Assembly: GCA_900617105.1 (NCBI GenBank)
Contig: UYFQ01000001.1
Location: 682,001 to 746,000, forward strand
Source: Hydrurus foetidus
Taxonomy: Eukaryota
Reading direction: 5' to 3'
Length of the DNA stretch: 64,000 nucleotides
Numbering within the stretch: the first letter of the stretch is position 1; each line of letters opens with the position of its first letter. Below, piece by piece: positions 9,501-18,783 of the stretch. A program made the position numbers and the translations under genes. The notes beneath the pieces are model-generated. The model saw only the letters and a program-made list of their open reading frames with translations. It did no database searches and was not told the origin of the DNA.

Positions 9501-11401
9501 ATATTGCAATCAATATATCCTTGTTCCGGATCAAAAATCACAATCGGTCGGTTTGAGTCCTGAAACAACATCTTGTTATAGGTCTCGCTGTCTCGAATCT
9601 GAGTTTCCGCCAGTTTGCGCGAAGTAATATCACGCAGGACAATGCAAAGATTCAAGTCCTGCCCCTGGAGCGCAGGTAGCCCTGACAAGCCGATCTCCAA
9701 GGAGAACTCAGTCCCGTCTTTGCGAATACCTTCAATCTCCACTGACGCTTCTTGAAGGAGGGTAGGTTCTGAATAATTCACAATTCCCTGCACCAGCTTT
9801 TTCAAATTGTCGCTTGATGCTGGAGCGATGAGACTCGATATCTCTTTGTTTTGGAGCTCATCCGATTGATAGCCAAACATCTGCTCAACATGCGGATTCG
9901 CAAGAATGATCCATCCACGTGCATCAGTGACAACCATGCCATCAGCCGCAGATTCAATGATTCGCCGGTACCACGCTTCTGTGGTCTTCAATGCATCTTG
10001 CTGAGCTGTGAGTTTGGTGGCCTGCTCCTCCAACAAGCTTGCCTGTTTTTCCATCCGCTTGGCTTGCTCTTGGCTCTCATGCAAAAGACGCTGGGTCTTG
10101 GCGCTGCGCTCAATGATTTCAACATTCATTGCCAAAATCGGCAAAATCCCATTCAACAACGCTTGCTCGTTCTCGTCGAAATCATCAAACATGGCCAGTT
10201 CGACCACGGCCAACAGCCGGTCATTGCGTATGACGGGCAGTACCACAATTGAACGCGGCGCAGCCTCGCCAATACTCGATCGGATGCGCACATAGTCTGC
10301 CGGTGGCTTCGTCAGGATGATCGTCGTTCGCTCCATCGCGCACTGACCAATCAGGCCTTGCCCCATATCAATGAATTGATTGAGGTTCTTGCGTTCTTCA
10401 TTGGCATAGCCACTGAGCAAACGAAGCTTGCGAACTGATTCGTCATAGATATAGAAGACACCATGACCTATGTTCAATAAAGGCGCCACATTCGAGAAAA
10501 ACTTGCGTGACAGGTCAGTGAAGGTTGACACCGTCTGCAACTCACCCGATATCTGCGCCAAATGCGTTTTCAACCAGCGTTGCGCCGCAATTTGTTGGGA
10601 CTCTGCTTGGAGCACCTTGATGGCGCGGGTCAAATCGCCAATTTCGTTCGGATAGTTGCCATGGGGGATCTCCACATTGAGCGTACCTGCCGCCAACGCC
10701 TCCACAGCAGATCGCACCCTGTCAGACGGTCGCCTAACCGAAAGGGTGATCACAAACCCGAACACGCCCCCCATCAAAAGCCCTCCGATCAGCACAAGCA
10801 GGGTCACTCGGCGGCTGTCGTCATAGAGCGTCTGCAAAGCTTGGGCTGAACGCTTGGCCCCAGCCTCTTTGCTGGCAGATAGCTTTTTTAAGGTCTCATC
10901 CGCAAGGTTGACTGTGGCCATGAAATCAGCAGAGTTGACGAATTTGGCCGCCTCGCTGGTACGTAATGACTCTCCTGCAACCATCTTGGTGGTGAGATCA
11001 ACATTACGGCGATAGCGGTCAAACCTCCCCTCGAACTCCAGCAGCAGCTTTTTGTTATCGTCCCTGAATGTTCTTTTACGTGCTTCTTCCAGTTCCCGCA
11101 TCAGCATGCGCTCTGCAGCAACTATTTCAATACGCGCTTTTTCCCGGCTCAATGCGTCAGGTGCCAGAATCATCTGCCGCAGCCACTGCCCCATATAAAT
11201 CAAATTGACATTGGCTTCTTTGACATGGGAAATACCCTGAAGATCCTTTTCATAGATTTGCCGAGCTTCCTCGTTCATGGCCCGCAAGTTGAAAAGCGCA
11301 TGCACACCGACGCCTATCAACAGCAACAAAAGACTGCCAACGACGATGGCCAATTTGCTCCTGAGCTTGAGGCGCTCCAATGAGGTCATTAAGTACTTCA
11401 T
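6566..11401 (-). CDS. Hybrid histidine kinase (four-helix periplasmic sensor-HAMP-GAF-3xPAS-HisKA-HATPase-REC-REC-Hpt)
   Basis: 1611-aa ORF with an MCP-like four-helix bundle between TM segments, HAMP (NEIGDLTRAI), H-box and Hpt motif AHTLKGTAGNIGA. Confidence 0.95.
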   Translation of the reverse strand: MKYLMTSLERLKLRSKLAIVVGSLLLLLIGVGVHALFNLRAMNEEARQIYEKDLQGISHVKEANVNLIYMGQWLRQMILAPDALSREKARIEIVAAERMLMRELEEARKRTFRDDNKKLLLEFEGRFDRYRRNVDLTTKMVAGESLRTSEAAKFVNSADFMATVNLADETLKKLSASKEAGAKRSAQALQTLYDDSRRVTLLVLIGGLLMGGVFGFVITLSVRRPSDRVRSAVEALAAGTLNVEIPHGNYPNEIGDLTRAIKVLQAESQQIAAQRWLKTHLAQISGELQTVSTFTDLSRKFFSNVAPLLNIGHGVFYIYDESVRKLRLLSGYANEERKNLNQFIDMGQGLIGQCAMERTTIILTKPPADYVRIRSSIGEAAPRSIVVLPVIRNDRLLAVVELAMFDDFDENEQALLNGILPILAMNVEIIERSAKTQRLLHESQEQAKRMEKQASLLEEQATKLTAQQDALKTTEAWYRRIIESAADGMVVTDARGWIILANPHVEQMFGYQSDELQNKEISSLIAPASSDNLKKLVQGIVNYSEPTLLQEASVEIEGIRKDGTEFSLEIGLSGLPALQGQDLNLCIVLRDITSRKLAETQIRDSETYNKMLFQDSNRPIVIFDPEQGYIDCNMAAVKLCGCSTREELLGKYPSDFSAPYQYDGSNSAEAAAKQDMSVLSGGPLSFEWRNQRPNGEQWDAQVFLAQFNYRGRTLLQFSLDDITPRKAAELSMQLVRDELEAILDTADIGVVQVKNRIIVRSNKKVDELFDRAPGSQIGQSTRIWYADEATYEAGGEGVYSQLSTGEQFSREGTMVRVDGSQFLCHIFGRAIDPKDLSKGTVWMLEDVTEQRQAEVALRHARGVAEDATKAKSDFLANMSHEIRTPMNAIIGMSHLALQTGLDKKQRNYIEKVNRSAENLLGIINDILDFSKIEAGKLTMEQVDFRLEDVMDHLADLVGGKAEDKGLELLFDAGADVPTSLQGDPLRLGQILVNLGNNAVKFTDKGEIVVGIEKVKEDESGVQLHFWVKDSGIGMTAEQCAKMFKSFSQADTSTTRKYGGTGLGLAISKNLVEMMQGRIWVESQAGVGSTFHFHAHFGVQANPQVRRMFRADELKGLKALVVDDNASAREILSTMVHTFGLDVDTAADGNQALQQIEQADEQGAAYDLILIDWKMPVMDGLETLHKLQNKPPTRYPAVIMVTAYGRDEAMEQARQRDVKFKTVLTKPMTASTLIESIGEALDKGVALESRAKDRADTNAEVMARLHGVRILLVEDNEMNQELAVELLGQAQMQVILANNGQEALDILAKDDKFDCVLMDCQMPVMDGYAATREIRKNPAWKALPVIAMTANAMAGDKEKVLAAGMCDHIAKPLNVAGMFATIDKWVSMPTPAPAAAVIGAVVATTAGTAPIDTDDLFSLPGIDTKAGLATTMKNEKLYRRLLGMFCESQGNFEAQFRAALVDSDASAPARAAHTLKGTAGNIGAKGVQAAANELEQACNSGGSQEVLDLCLANVLDELSPVIVGLKQLTGMKPPTVHTSAQTNTINSAQFNELVDRLKNLLCESDIQAGDVVEELFKLAADTPVAGGLKTVAKSIAEFDFDSALEALQSLKF
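7247..8816. repeat. 1,570-bp direct repeat, copy 2
   Basis: Matches 2464-4033; flanks diverge at 2463/7246 and 4034/8817. Confidence 0.95.
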
Positions 11402-13380
11402 GAGCCTTCGCTCGCAATCTGCCCATTTTCGAGTTGCGCGCTAAGTACACTCAAATCGATGAAGGTCCCCACCAGCCCCCCAGGCTCACCATTGGCATTG
11501 CGGAAACCAACAACGGAATACAAGGTGTCGCGCATCATCCCATCCGCATATGGTATTTGAGCGATGCGTCTGACAGTCCCCGCGGTGGCGACTGTGTGCT
11601 CATCCTCAGCTTGATAGGCGATGCGGGAAGCCTCTGGCAGATAAGTCAAGTCGAGAACAGATTTGCCGATCAAGTCTTGCCTGTTGACGGCAAAGGTTTC
11701 CTCGTAAGCACGATTGAATCCTCGAAACCGGGTGTCCGCGCCCTTGTAAAACATCGGGTAGGGGATAGCATCAATCAACGCTTGCTGAAAAGCAATGTGG
11801 CTTTGCGTCGCCTGCTCTTCTTTGAGCTTGTCAGCCAGGGTCGCTTCTGTACTAAGTTTGCGGCGCTGAACTTCCAGGTTGATCGCCAGCATCTGGACCC
11901 ACTCCAGGCAGCGAGCCTTGGCAAGTTCATTGGGAACTTCTTGAAGGCCAAGCTCTACCGCACCGATCAGCGCTCCCTGGAGCACCACAGGCAACAGCAA
12001 CAGAGCAGCCGGGGCTGTCTCGCCCAAGCCCGATTGCAACACCCAAGCAGGATCCTGCAGTGCGTCAATGACACGCATTTGACCGTCAGCGGCGCATTGA
12101 CCCAGTAAACCTTCGCCGCACTCGAGCGTCTCGGGGCATTCATTGGTACACGCGGCCATGCCTACGCGTTTCATCGATGTCTCGTTTTGAAATTCACGGA
12201 CGTAGACAACACCTTGCAACGCACCAAACAGTGATCTCGATTCAGAAAGAAAAACCTGAGCCAACGCACCCATATCCGGTGCCCGCTGAAGTAGCAGTCC
12301 CGCCGCTGCCAGCCGAGATTTGTGCACGTTGCTCGCAGTCTGAGCATCTGCATGCACCTGAAGTTCATTGGATGTCAAGGCTTGTTTGTAGCGAACTCGC
12401 CAAAGCGTGAAGCTCATGGCACCAAACACCAAAGTGAACAGAAATGCACCGCATGCGACCAAAACCAGTTCTACTTGCGAGCGAGAGTGTGACAGATCGC
12501 CAACCAGCACCAAGCGCCAGTCCCCAAAAGGATCATTCCATTTAAGCGATGCACTCGCCACCACAACGCGCGAGGCACCAAGCATCTGTGGAGAGTCCTC
12601 GAGCTTGAAAGGGAGTACATCAGGGTACTTTCCATCAACAAACTTCCCAAACTGCTTATGCTCGCGAATGGTCTTGAGTTGCTCTGGGGTTGGCCTGGTT
12701 AACAAACGCCCCAACCACTCTGGGCGACTGCTTGAAAACACAATGCCATGCGGCGAGATAAGCAGCGCGCTGTCTGGGCTACTTTTCATCACGCCCTCGA
12801 TCTTGGCCAAACTCGTTCGGGCAACAGCAACCCCGACAACGTCTGAATCCTGCGAATTCCCCCTGTAAATGGGAGACGTGATGTACAGCGAACGGTCACC
12901 CCGTGCCATGCTCACCGCAGCGTAGATATTTTCCGAGCCCTGCATGCCCATCTGAAAATAGGGGCGAAACGAAACATCGAGGCCCGTCGATGGCCTGCCA
13001 GAATTGTCCCAAGACGATCTGACGATACCGTTTCGTCCAACGACAAAGACACCGTCAGCGTCATAGGTTCGCCCGATGCTTTCCAACACAGCCAGGGCTG
13101 ACTGAGATTGCGATTGTGCAGTGGAGGCAACGTCATATTTCACTTCGTCATTGGTCAGCCCCAGCAACGAAGTCAGCCCCATCAGTTTGCCGTTCGCTGT
13201 TTCTCCCATGATCTCAAGCGCCATGCGTTCGGCATCCTGCGCCAGGCGGCGGCTTCGCTGCGCTGAGTGCGCACTTTCGTCAATCAGCCCGGCAATCAAC
13301 GCCACCATCAAGCAAGTGGCGAGCAAAATAGCCCATGCAGTTCTGGGGCTACTGACAATAGTCGGCGGTCGAATGTTCAT
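11398..13380 (-). CDS. Membrane sensor protein (Cache-like-GAF-PAS) with no output domain
   Basis: 660 aa with two TM segments, a DctB-like Cache region (SFRPYFQ), GAF (GEGLLGQCA) and a C-terminal PAS. Its stop overlaps the start of the next kinase (ATGA). Confidence 0.85.
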   Translation of the reverse strand: MNIRPPTIVSSPRTAWAILLATCLMVALIAGLIDESAHSAQRSRRLAQDAERMALEIMGETANGKLMGLTSLLGLTNDEVKYDVASTAQSQSQSALAVLESIGRTYDADGVFVVGRNGIVRSSWDNSGRPSTGLDVSFRPYFQMGMQGSENIYAAVSMARGDRSLYITSPIYRGNSQDSDVVGVAVARTSLAKIEGVMKSSPDSALLISPHGIVFSSSRPEWLGRLLTRPTPEQLKTIREHKQFGKFVDGKYPDVLPFKLEDSPQMLGASRVVVASASLKWNDPFGDWRLVLVGDLSHSRSQVELVLVACGAFLFTLVFGAMSFTLWRVRYKQALTSNELQVHADAQTASNVHKSRLAAAGLLLQRAPDMGALAQVFLSESRSLFGALQGVVYVREFQNETSMKRVGMAACTNECPETLECGEGLLGQCAADGQMRVIDALQDPAWVLQSGLGETAPAALLLLPVVLQGALIGAVELGLQEVPNELAKARCLEWVQMLAINLEVQRRKLSTEATLADKLKEEQATQSHIAFQQALIDAIPYPMFYKGADTRFRGFNRAYEETFAVNRQDLIGKSVLDLTYLPEASRIAYQAEDEHTVATAGTVRRIAQIPYADGMMRDTLYSVVGFRNANGEPGGLVGTFIDLSVLSAQLENGQIASEGS

Positions 13381-13423
13381 CCGGCGGTCGCGTTGTGTGG
13401 GACTGATCGGTATTTCGGTGCAA

Positions 13424-14581
13424 TCAAGCGTTACCGGTGATTTGCTTGAGGGTTTCTGCCTTGAGTGCTAGTTCTTCATCAGAGTCTGCAAACCGAGCAG
13501 CTATTTCCCTGAAAGTCTCGGCCAAAGCAAGGAAGGCATCCGCAACATCTGGGTCAAAGTGTGATCCACGTCCTTCTTGGATGATTTGAACGGCCTTTTC
13601 GTGTGGCATGCCTTCTTTGTACACACGCCGACTGATCAATGCATCATAAACATCAGCAACAGCCATGAGCCGTGCCGAAATAGGGATCGATTCACCTGCC
13701 AGACCCTCGGGGTAGCCGCTGCCATCCCATTTTTCCTGGTGGTAGTAAGCTATCTCTTTGGCGTACTTGAGGAACTCCACCTCTGTACCCAGTTTCTTCT
13801 CGGCCGACTCGATGGCATTGCGGCCCAGCGTCGTGTGCTCCTTCATGATTTCAAACTCTTCGGGTGTGAATCGCCCAGGTTTAAGCAGAATTCGATCCGG
13901 GATGCCGACTTTTCCAATATCGTGCAAGGGGGCTGACTTGAAAAGCATTTCAATGATGCGATCGCTCAGAAAATGCCTGAACTTCGGATGGATCTTCAAG
14001 TTTTCTGCCAGTGCCCGCATGTAATATTGGGTGCGCCTGATATGGTTACCGGTGTCGTTGTCTCTGGTCTCCGCCAGTGAAGCCATCGCCAGGATCGTCA
14101 CATCCTGGATGGCGCCAAGCTCACGCGTGCGTTTACCGACTTCGGCCTCAAGGTAGGTGTTCACCTCTTTCAGGAAGTCAGCCTGCGCCTTGATCTTCAA
14201 ATGGGTACTGACGCGAGCCATCACCACTGGCGGCTTGATAGGCTTGGTGATGAAATCAGCCGCCCCCATTTCAAAACCTTTGGTTTCGTCGTCCATGCCT
14301 GTCATGGCGGTCAAAAAAATGACCGGTATGTTTTCGGTGACTGGGTTCGCTTTTAATTGTTCGCATACATCGTAACCAGACAAGCCAGGCATCACGATGT
14401 CCAGCAATATCAGATCGGGAGGATTGGCACTTTGAGCAATTTTCAGCGCTCTTTCACCATTGTTTGCGACTTTGACAGCATAGATGTTCTTCAACAACTC
14501 AGACAATAAAGTCAGGTTATCCACCGTGTCGTCCACGATCAGCACGGCGTATTTCCTCGTAAAGTCCAGAGAGTTATACAT
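13424..14581 (-). CDS. Response regulator with HD-GYP phosphodiesterase domain (RpfG-like)
   Basis: REC domain (VLIVDD, LLDIVMP, KP) plus APLHDIGK and HQEKWDGSGYP. Start reassigned to MYNSLDF. Confidence 0.93.
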   Translation of the reverse strand: MYNSLDFTRKYAVLIVDDTVDNLTLLSELLKNIYAVKVANNGERALKIAQSANPPDLILLDIVMPGLSGYDVCEQLKANPVTENIPVIFLTAMTGMDDETKGFEMGAADFITKPIKPPVVMARVSTHLKIKAQADFLKEVNTYLEAEVGKRTRELGAIQDVTILAMASLAETRDNDTGNHIRRTQYYMRALAENLKIHPKFRHFLSDRIIEMLFKSAPLHDIGKVGIPDRILLKPGRFTPEEFEIMKEHTTLGRNAIESAEKKLGTEVEFLKYAKEIAYYHQEKWDGSGYPEGLAGESIPISARLMAVADVYDALISRRVYKEGMPHEKAVQIIQEGRGSHFDPDVADAFLALAETFREIAARFADSDEELALKAETLKQITGNA

Positions 14582-14894
14582 GTATAGACTTTCGTTTGAT
14601 TTGTAGGCTCGCCACGACATTTGCGAGGCAATTGTGAGGTTTTTCCGGCGATGTAGCGTTAAAGCATCGACAAGCGCCAGAAGCCAGTGTGGATTCTGCA
14701 GCCCGAGTAGCAACAATTCCGTCTGCAAGCATGTCCCGTATCTCCTGCGCCAGATTTCAGATGCGATGCTGGACAGCACGCTGCCATTCCATTTGTGTCG
14801 GCAGCGTCGAAATCAAACTGTGGCAAATATCTCATTTTCTGCATTTTTTTATGCCTGACATCGTTGTTGGTGAATAATATCGTATCATTTTTAC

Positions 14895-14925
14895 AAAAAA
14901 TAAGTAAAAATATTTACATTTTTTG
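14895..14925. promoter_or_regulatory. AT-rich inverted repeat in the divergent intergenic region, possible RpiR operator
   Basis: GTAAA-AATA-TTTAC at 14904-14917 flanked by A6/T6 tracts, just upstream of the RpiR gene. Confidence 0.35.
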
Positions 14926-14953
14926 TTTTTATGAGCCAACCAAATAGAAGCTG

Positions 14954-15922
14954 ATGGAGAACCCCCATACCAACCCCACAATGGCAGAGCTAGTCAGACT
15001 GGCGTGGCCATCCCTTACCAATTCGCACAAGCAAATGGCTGACTACTTGATAGCGCACCCGCTGAAGGTTGCGATCATGCCAATCGATGGGTTTGCGGCC
15101 GCCACAGGTGTTTCCTTGGCTACGGCTAACCGATTTGCACGGGCACTTGGGTTCAAAAGTTATTCTCAGTTTCGAGCAGCTGCAATCCATGATTTTGAAT
15201 CCGCTTTGGCACCGATCTCGAAACTGAGCAAGCAGCGCGCGCATTTCTTGTCAGACACGGAAGTGTTTTTTGCATCGCTGGAGGAAAGCCAGCGCAACAT
15301 GAATTTGACAAGTCAATCATTGGATGTAAAAAGCTGCGAAATGGCAGTCAAAGCAATACTTGAAGCTAAGCGCATCTACATACTTTCATTTGGGAGCAGC
15401 AGTTGGCTGGGAGGATTTCTTTCCAGTCGCTTGAACTATTTCTGCGACGACGTCCAACCACTGGCCAGCATTGAAGGATCGGGACATACAGCGAAAGTTC
15501 TGCGACAGATGAAACCCAGTGACTTACTGATTTGTATGATGTTCCCACGTTACCTGAGTGATGCCATTTCCACAGTACGTCGGATACATGAAGCAGGCAT
15601 TCCTATTTTGGCCTTAACTGATCGACCAACATCGCCACTGGCGTCAATGGCAACGACGGTTCTCTACGCACACGTAGACAGTCAGTACTTTTCCAGCTCT
15701 GGAACTGGCATCCTCGGATTGATTGAGGCACTGGTGAGTGCAGTTGCTCACAGAGCTAAAGATGTGGTCCAAGCCGCATCTCAGCTTACTGAAGATATGC
15801 TTCCGTTGCTCCATCAAAACATGCCAAAGAGCAGCAGTTCTGCCGTAACTTCACCCATAGTTCCACCGAAAAAACCACAAATTATTGACAATAATAAAAA
15901 TTCTTCGTTGAATCCACTGTGA
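14954..15922 (+). CDS. MurR/RpiR-family transcriptional regulator (HTH + SIS)
   Basis: N-terminal HTH (GVSLATANRFARALGFKSYSQF) and SIS-like region (AKRIYILSFGSS, ILALTDRPTSPLA). Confidence 0.9.
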   Translation: MENPHTNPTMAELVRLAWPSLTNSHKQMADYLIAHPLKVAIMPIDGFAAATGVSLATANRFARALGFKSYSQFRAAAIHDFESALAPISKLSKQRAHFLSDTEVFFASLEESQRNMNLTSQSLDVKSCEMAVKAILEAKRIYILSFGSSSWLGGFLSSRLNYFCDDVQPLASIEGSGHTAKVLRQMKPSDLLICMMFPRYLSDAISTVRRIHEAGIPILALTDRPTSPLASMATTVLYAHVDSQYFSSSGTGILGLIEALVSAVAHRAKDVVQAASQLTEDMLPLLHQNMPKSSSSAVTSPIVPPKKPQIIDNNKNSSLNPL

Positions 15923-15932
15923 TTTTTCAAGC

Positions 15933-16571
15933 ATGCTGAAATACCTTACCGTCCCAGTAACGCCCTTTGAACAAAATTGCTCGCTGGTCTGGTGCAGTGA
16001 CACGCTGGACGCCGCCGTCATCGACCCGGGCGGCGACCTGGATCGTATACAGGCAGCTGCCAAGAAACTGGGCATCACGCTGAAAGCCATCTGGTTGACC
16101 CATGCGCACATTGACCACGCAGGAGGAACGGGTGTTCTGGCGCGCAGCTTGACGATCCCGATCATTGGCCCGCACGAGGGCGACCAATTCTGGATTGACG
16201 GTTTGCCTGAACAGAGTGCACGCTTTGGCTTCCCCCAGGCCGAGAGCTTTAAGCCGACCCGGTGGCTGCAGGATGGCGACACCGTCACCATTGGCAACTG
16301 CACGCTGCAAGTGCGGCATTGCCCAGGCCACACCCCGGGGCATGTCGTCTTTTACTCAGCTGAGATTCACCGCGCTTTTGTGGGCGACGTGCTGTTTGCG
16401 GGCAGCATTGGTCGCACAGACTTTCCCCAGGGCGACCATGCCACGCTGATCAGCAGCATCACCCAGCGCCTGTGGCCCATGGGCGATGACACGGTGTTCA
16501 TTCCCGGCCACGGCCCAGAGAGTACTTTCGGGCGCGAACGCCAGTCCAACCCCTATGTGGGCGGGACCTGA
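15933..16571 (+). CDS. MBL-fold metallo-hydrolase (glyoxalase II-like, YcbL/GloC family)
   Basis: Motifs THAHIDH, PGHTPGH, GDVLF and PGHG. Confidence 0.92.
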   Translation: MLKYLTVPVTPFEQNCSLVWCSDTLDAAVIDPGGDLDRIQAAAKKLGITLKAIWLTHAHIDHAGGTGVLARSLTIPIIGPHEGDQFWIDGLPEQSARFGFPQAESFKPTRWLQDGDTVTIGNCTLQVRHCPGHTPGHVVFYSAEIHRAFVGDVLFAGSIGRTDFPQGDHATLISSITQRLWPMGDDTVFIPGHGPESTFGRERQSNPYVGGT

Positions 16572-16585
16572 CGTTTTAAAACTTG

Positions 16586-16700
16586 TCCAAATGAACGCGA
16601 TCAGGTACATCTGATCACCGCACAGTAGGCACGGCAGTGGGAACACTTCGTAAATGCGGGCTATCAACACCGCCCACAGGTAGTGCACCGGTGAACGCTT
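16586..16700 (-). mobile_element. Second IS91/ISCR-family transposase C-terminal relic
   Basis: Encodes KRSPVHYLWAVLIARIYEVFPLPCLLCGDQMYLIAFI, homologous to about 2130-2240. Confidence 0.7.
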
Positions 16701-16834
16701 AACCGGTGTCGACTAAGAATCCGCTGTGACCTGACTCGTCAAGCCCCTAAGCGGCTTTGATGAGAAACGCTTTGTGCGGACGCGGTGGTCATATGCAATT
16801 TCCGTTGCTTAGGACTTGCCCGTCCCTCGCTTCG

Positions 16835-18388
16835 TTAAAGTAAATCTTCCGAAATGAACACAGATTGAAACCAGATTCCTAGCCATTGAAGCCAATCGAA
16901 ATCGGGCTCACTATTTCTAATCTGCAGCCGTCCCAAATCATCGACATAGCTCCATTGCTCGTTGGTGCCGTTCTGGGCCAGACTGACGCGGTAAAAATTG
17001 TGGGCGTTGGCCCCTTCTATCATCGCTAGCGCCGTCTGCGCCAGCATGGGGCTGTCGATAGCGACGGTCATCTCGGTGTTGTGCAGTGCGGATCGAGCGT
17101 CCAAATTCACTGAGCCGACCATCAACCAACGGCGATCGATCGCACCGGCTTTAACGTGCAGGCGTGCGTGCGATTTTCCAAAGGCCCCGAACGACTTTGT
17201 GGACTGCGGAAGTCGGGGGCTCAACTCCAATACCTCGGCACCCGTGCGCAGCATGGCTGGTCGTCTACGTGCATAGTAGTAGTAGGCCAGCGGTTCGTCG
17301 GTCGACCCCAAGGAGTTGGTCAAGAGCCGCATCTTGACTCCACGTTGGCCTAACGAGTGCATTAGCTTCAATGCATTTTGATCTGGTATCAGATAGGGGC
17401 TCAACATCACCACTTCTTCCTTAGCGAGCGCAATCAGGTCGAGTTGACCGCGCATCGCTGTGGACGCTTGGAACAGTTTGACGGGTTCGGTCACTTTGTT
17501 CGGCGAATCGGCAAACACCCTCGCCGTACCAGGGGTCAGGGCCAATCGGCCTTGACGCAATTGCACGCCCACCGAGGTCGAACCCAGGGGATCGGTTGCC
17601 GGCAGGTCCGGTGTGAATTGCATGGCAGCGGTCGCCAACTCAAAGCGCAGTTGTTGCGCTACAGGGTCGGGCACGGTTGCCACAACTTTGTGCAAGGGAT
17701 AAGCCTGCTCGCTGTTCCAATACATATCGAATGTCTTCGACAGGTCTTGCACGACCGAGCCGGCTGACAATACGTCGATATCAATGAAATTGGCATCACC
17801 GGCACGCCGGAAATAGGCGTCGGCAATGTTTCGCCCACCATAGATGGCCAAGGCATTGTCGGCCACCATCAGTTTGTTATGCATGCGGTGGTTCACCCGA
17901 TCGAACTCGTGGTACGACTGGAGCATACGCAGCAAGGGTGAACCAAACCGAGCCGGCAGCGGATTGAACAGTCGCACTTGCGCCTGCGGGTAGCTTGCCA
18001 GACCCACCAACAGCTCTTCGACTTCACCCGCGTAATAGTCGTCTACCAGCAACCTGACCCGAACGCCACGTTGCGCCGCATCCCGCAGTGCCCGAAGAAA
18101 CGTCATTCCTGTTACATCGGAGTGAATGTGGTAATACTGGGCATCCAGGGTTTGCTGTGCCTGTTGGGCCAAGTCAAGGCGAGCCGCAAACGCGTACTCA
18201 GCGGACGGTAGCAACCTAAACCCCGATTGATGTGGTATGTCCGTAGGCTGGCTGGCGGCTGCAACCCGAGTCAGTGCCGTGTCCTGCGTCGGGTTCAGCG
18301 CGTGTGAGGCTTCTACAGAGCCACGCGGCGCCAGCGTTGAGCAGGCGCTCAGCGTTACCATGATGAGGAGGAGTAACAGCTTTTCCAC
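16835..18388 (-). CDS. Phospholipase D family lipoprotein (ClsC/YmdC-like)
   Basis: Lipobox LSAC and two HKD motifs (HNKLMVAD, HVKAGAID). Confidence 0.9.
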   Translation of the reverse strand: MEKLLLLLIMVTLSACSTLAPRGSVEASHALNPTQDTALTRVAAASQPTDIPHQSGFRLLPSAEYAFAARLDLAQQAQQTLDAQYYHIHSDVTGMTFLRALRDAAQRGVRVRLLVDDYYAGEVEELLVGLASYPQAQVRLFNPLPARFGSPLLRMLQSYHEFDRVNHRMHNKLMVADNALAIYGGRNIADAYFRRAGDANFIDIDVLSAGSVVQDLSKTFDMYWNSEQAYPLHKVVATVPDPVAQQLRFELATAAMQFTPDLPATDPLGSTSVGVQLRQGRLALTPGTARVFADSPNKVTEPVKLFQASTAMRGQLDLIALAKEEVVMLSPYLIPDQNALKLMHSLGQRGVKMRLLTNSLGSTDEPLAYYYYARRRPAMLRTGAEVLELSPRLPQSTKSFGAFGKSHARLHVKAGAIDRRWLMVGSVNLDARSALHNTEMTVAIDSPMLAQTALAMIEGANAHNFYRVSLAQNGTNEQWSYVDDLGRLQIRNSEPDFDWLQWLGIWFQSVFISEDLL

Positions 18389-18783
18389 TGTGTTTCAACT
18401 TTGAATCGTATTGGCACTCAATCATATTCCGATCGCTTATTGCAGCCTGGGCACCCAGGCGGTCAGCAAGAAAAAATTAGCTCAGAATATCGATTCAAAT
18501 TGCTTGATGCGACAGAGCCTGCCCATGCGACGGATAGGCTTTTCAACCGTATGAGGCCAAGCATTGGCCCTTCGAAGAGGCCTTACCCACGTAGAAACCC
18601 TGGACGCACCGGCAGCATCAACCCAATCGGCCGACACCACTTCGCGCCGTCCGCGCGCGCTTGCCACCGGCTTTATGCTACTTTGTCGCGCAACACTTGC
18701 GCTGCGTGCTGCCAACCACGACACTGGCTCCACTTGGCCTGCCATGGTCACAGCTTTAACTCTTTATACATTCCAGGCACGAT

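Noticed and set aside
15038..15054. Possible twelfth copy of the palindromic repeat in RpiR (GCTGA-N7-ATAGC)
   Set aside because: It has two mismatches in the left arm and no conserved tail, so it is compatible with chance.
15933..16571. Metallo-beta-lactamase resistance gene next to an IS91 relic
   Set aside because: There is no signal peptide and the motifs fit the cytoplasmic glyoxalase II-like YcbL family.
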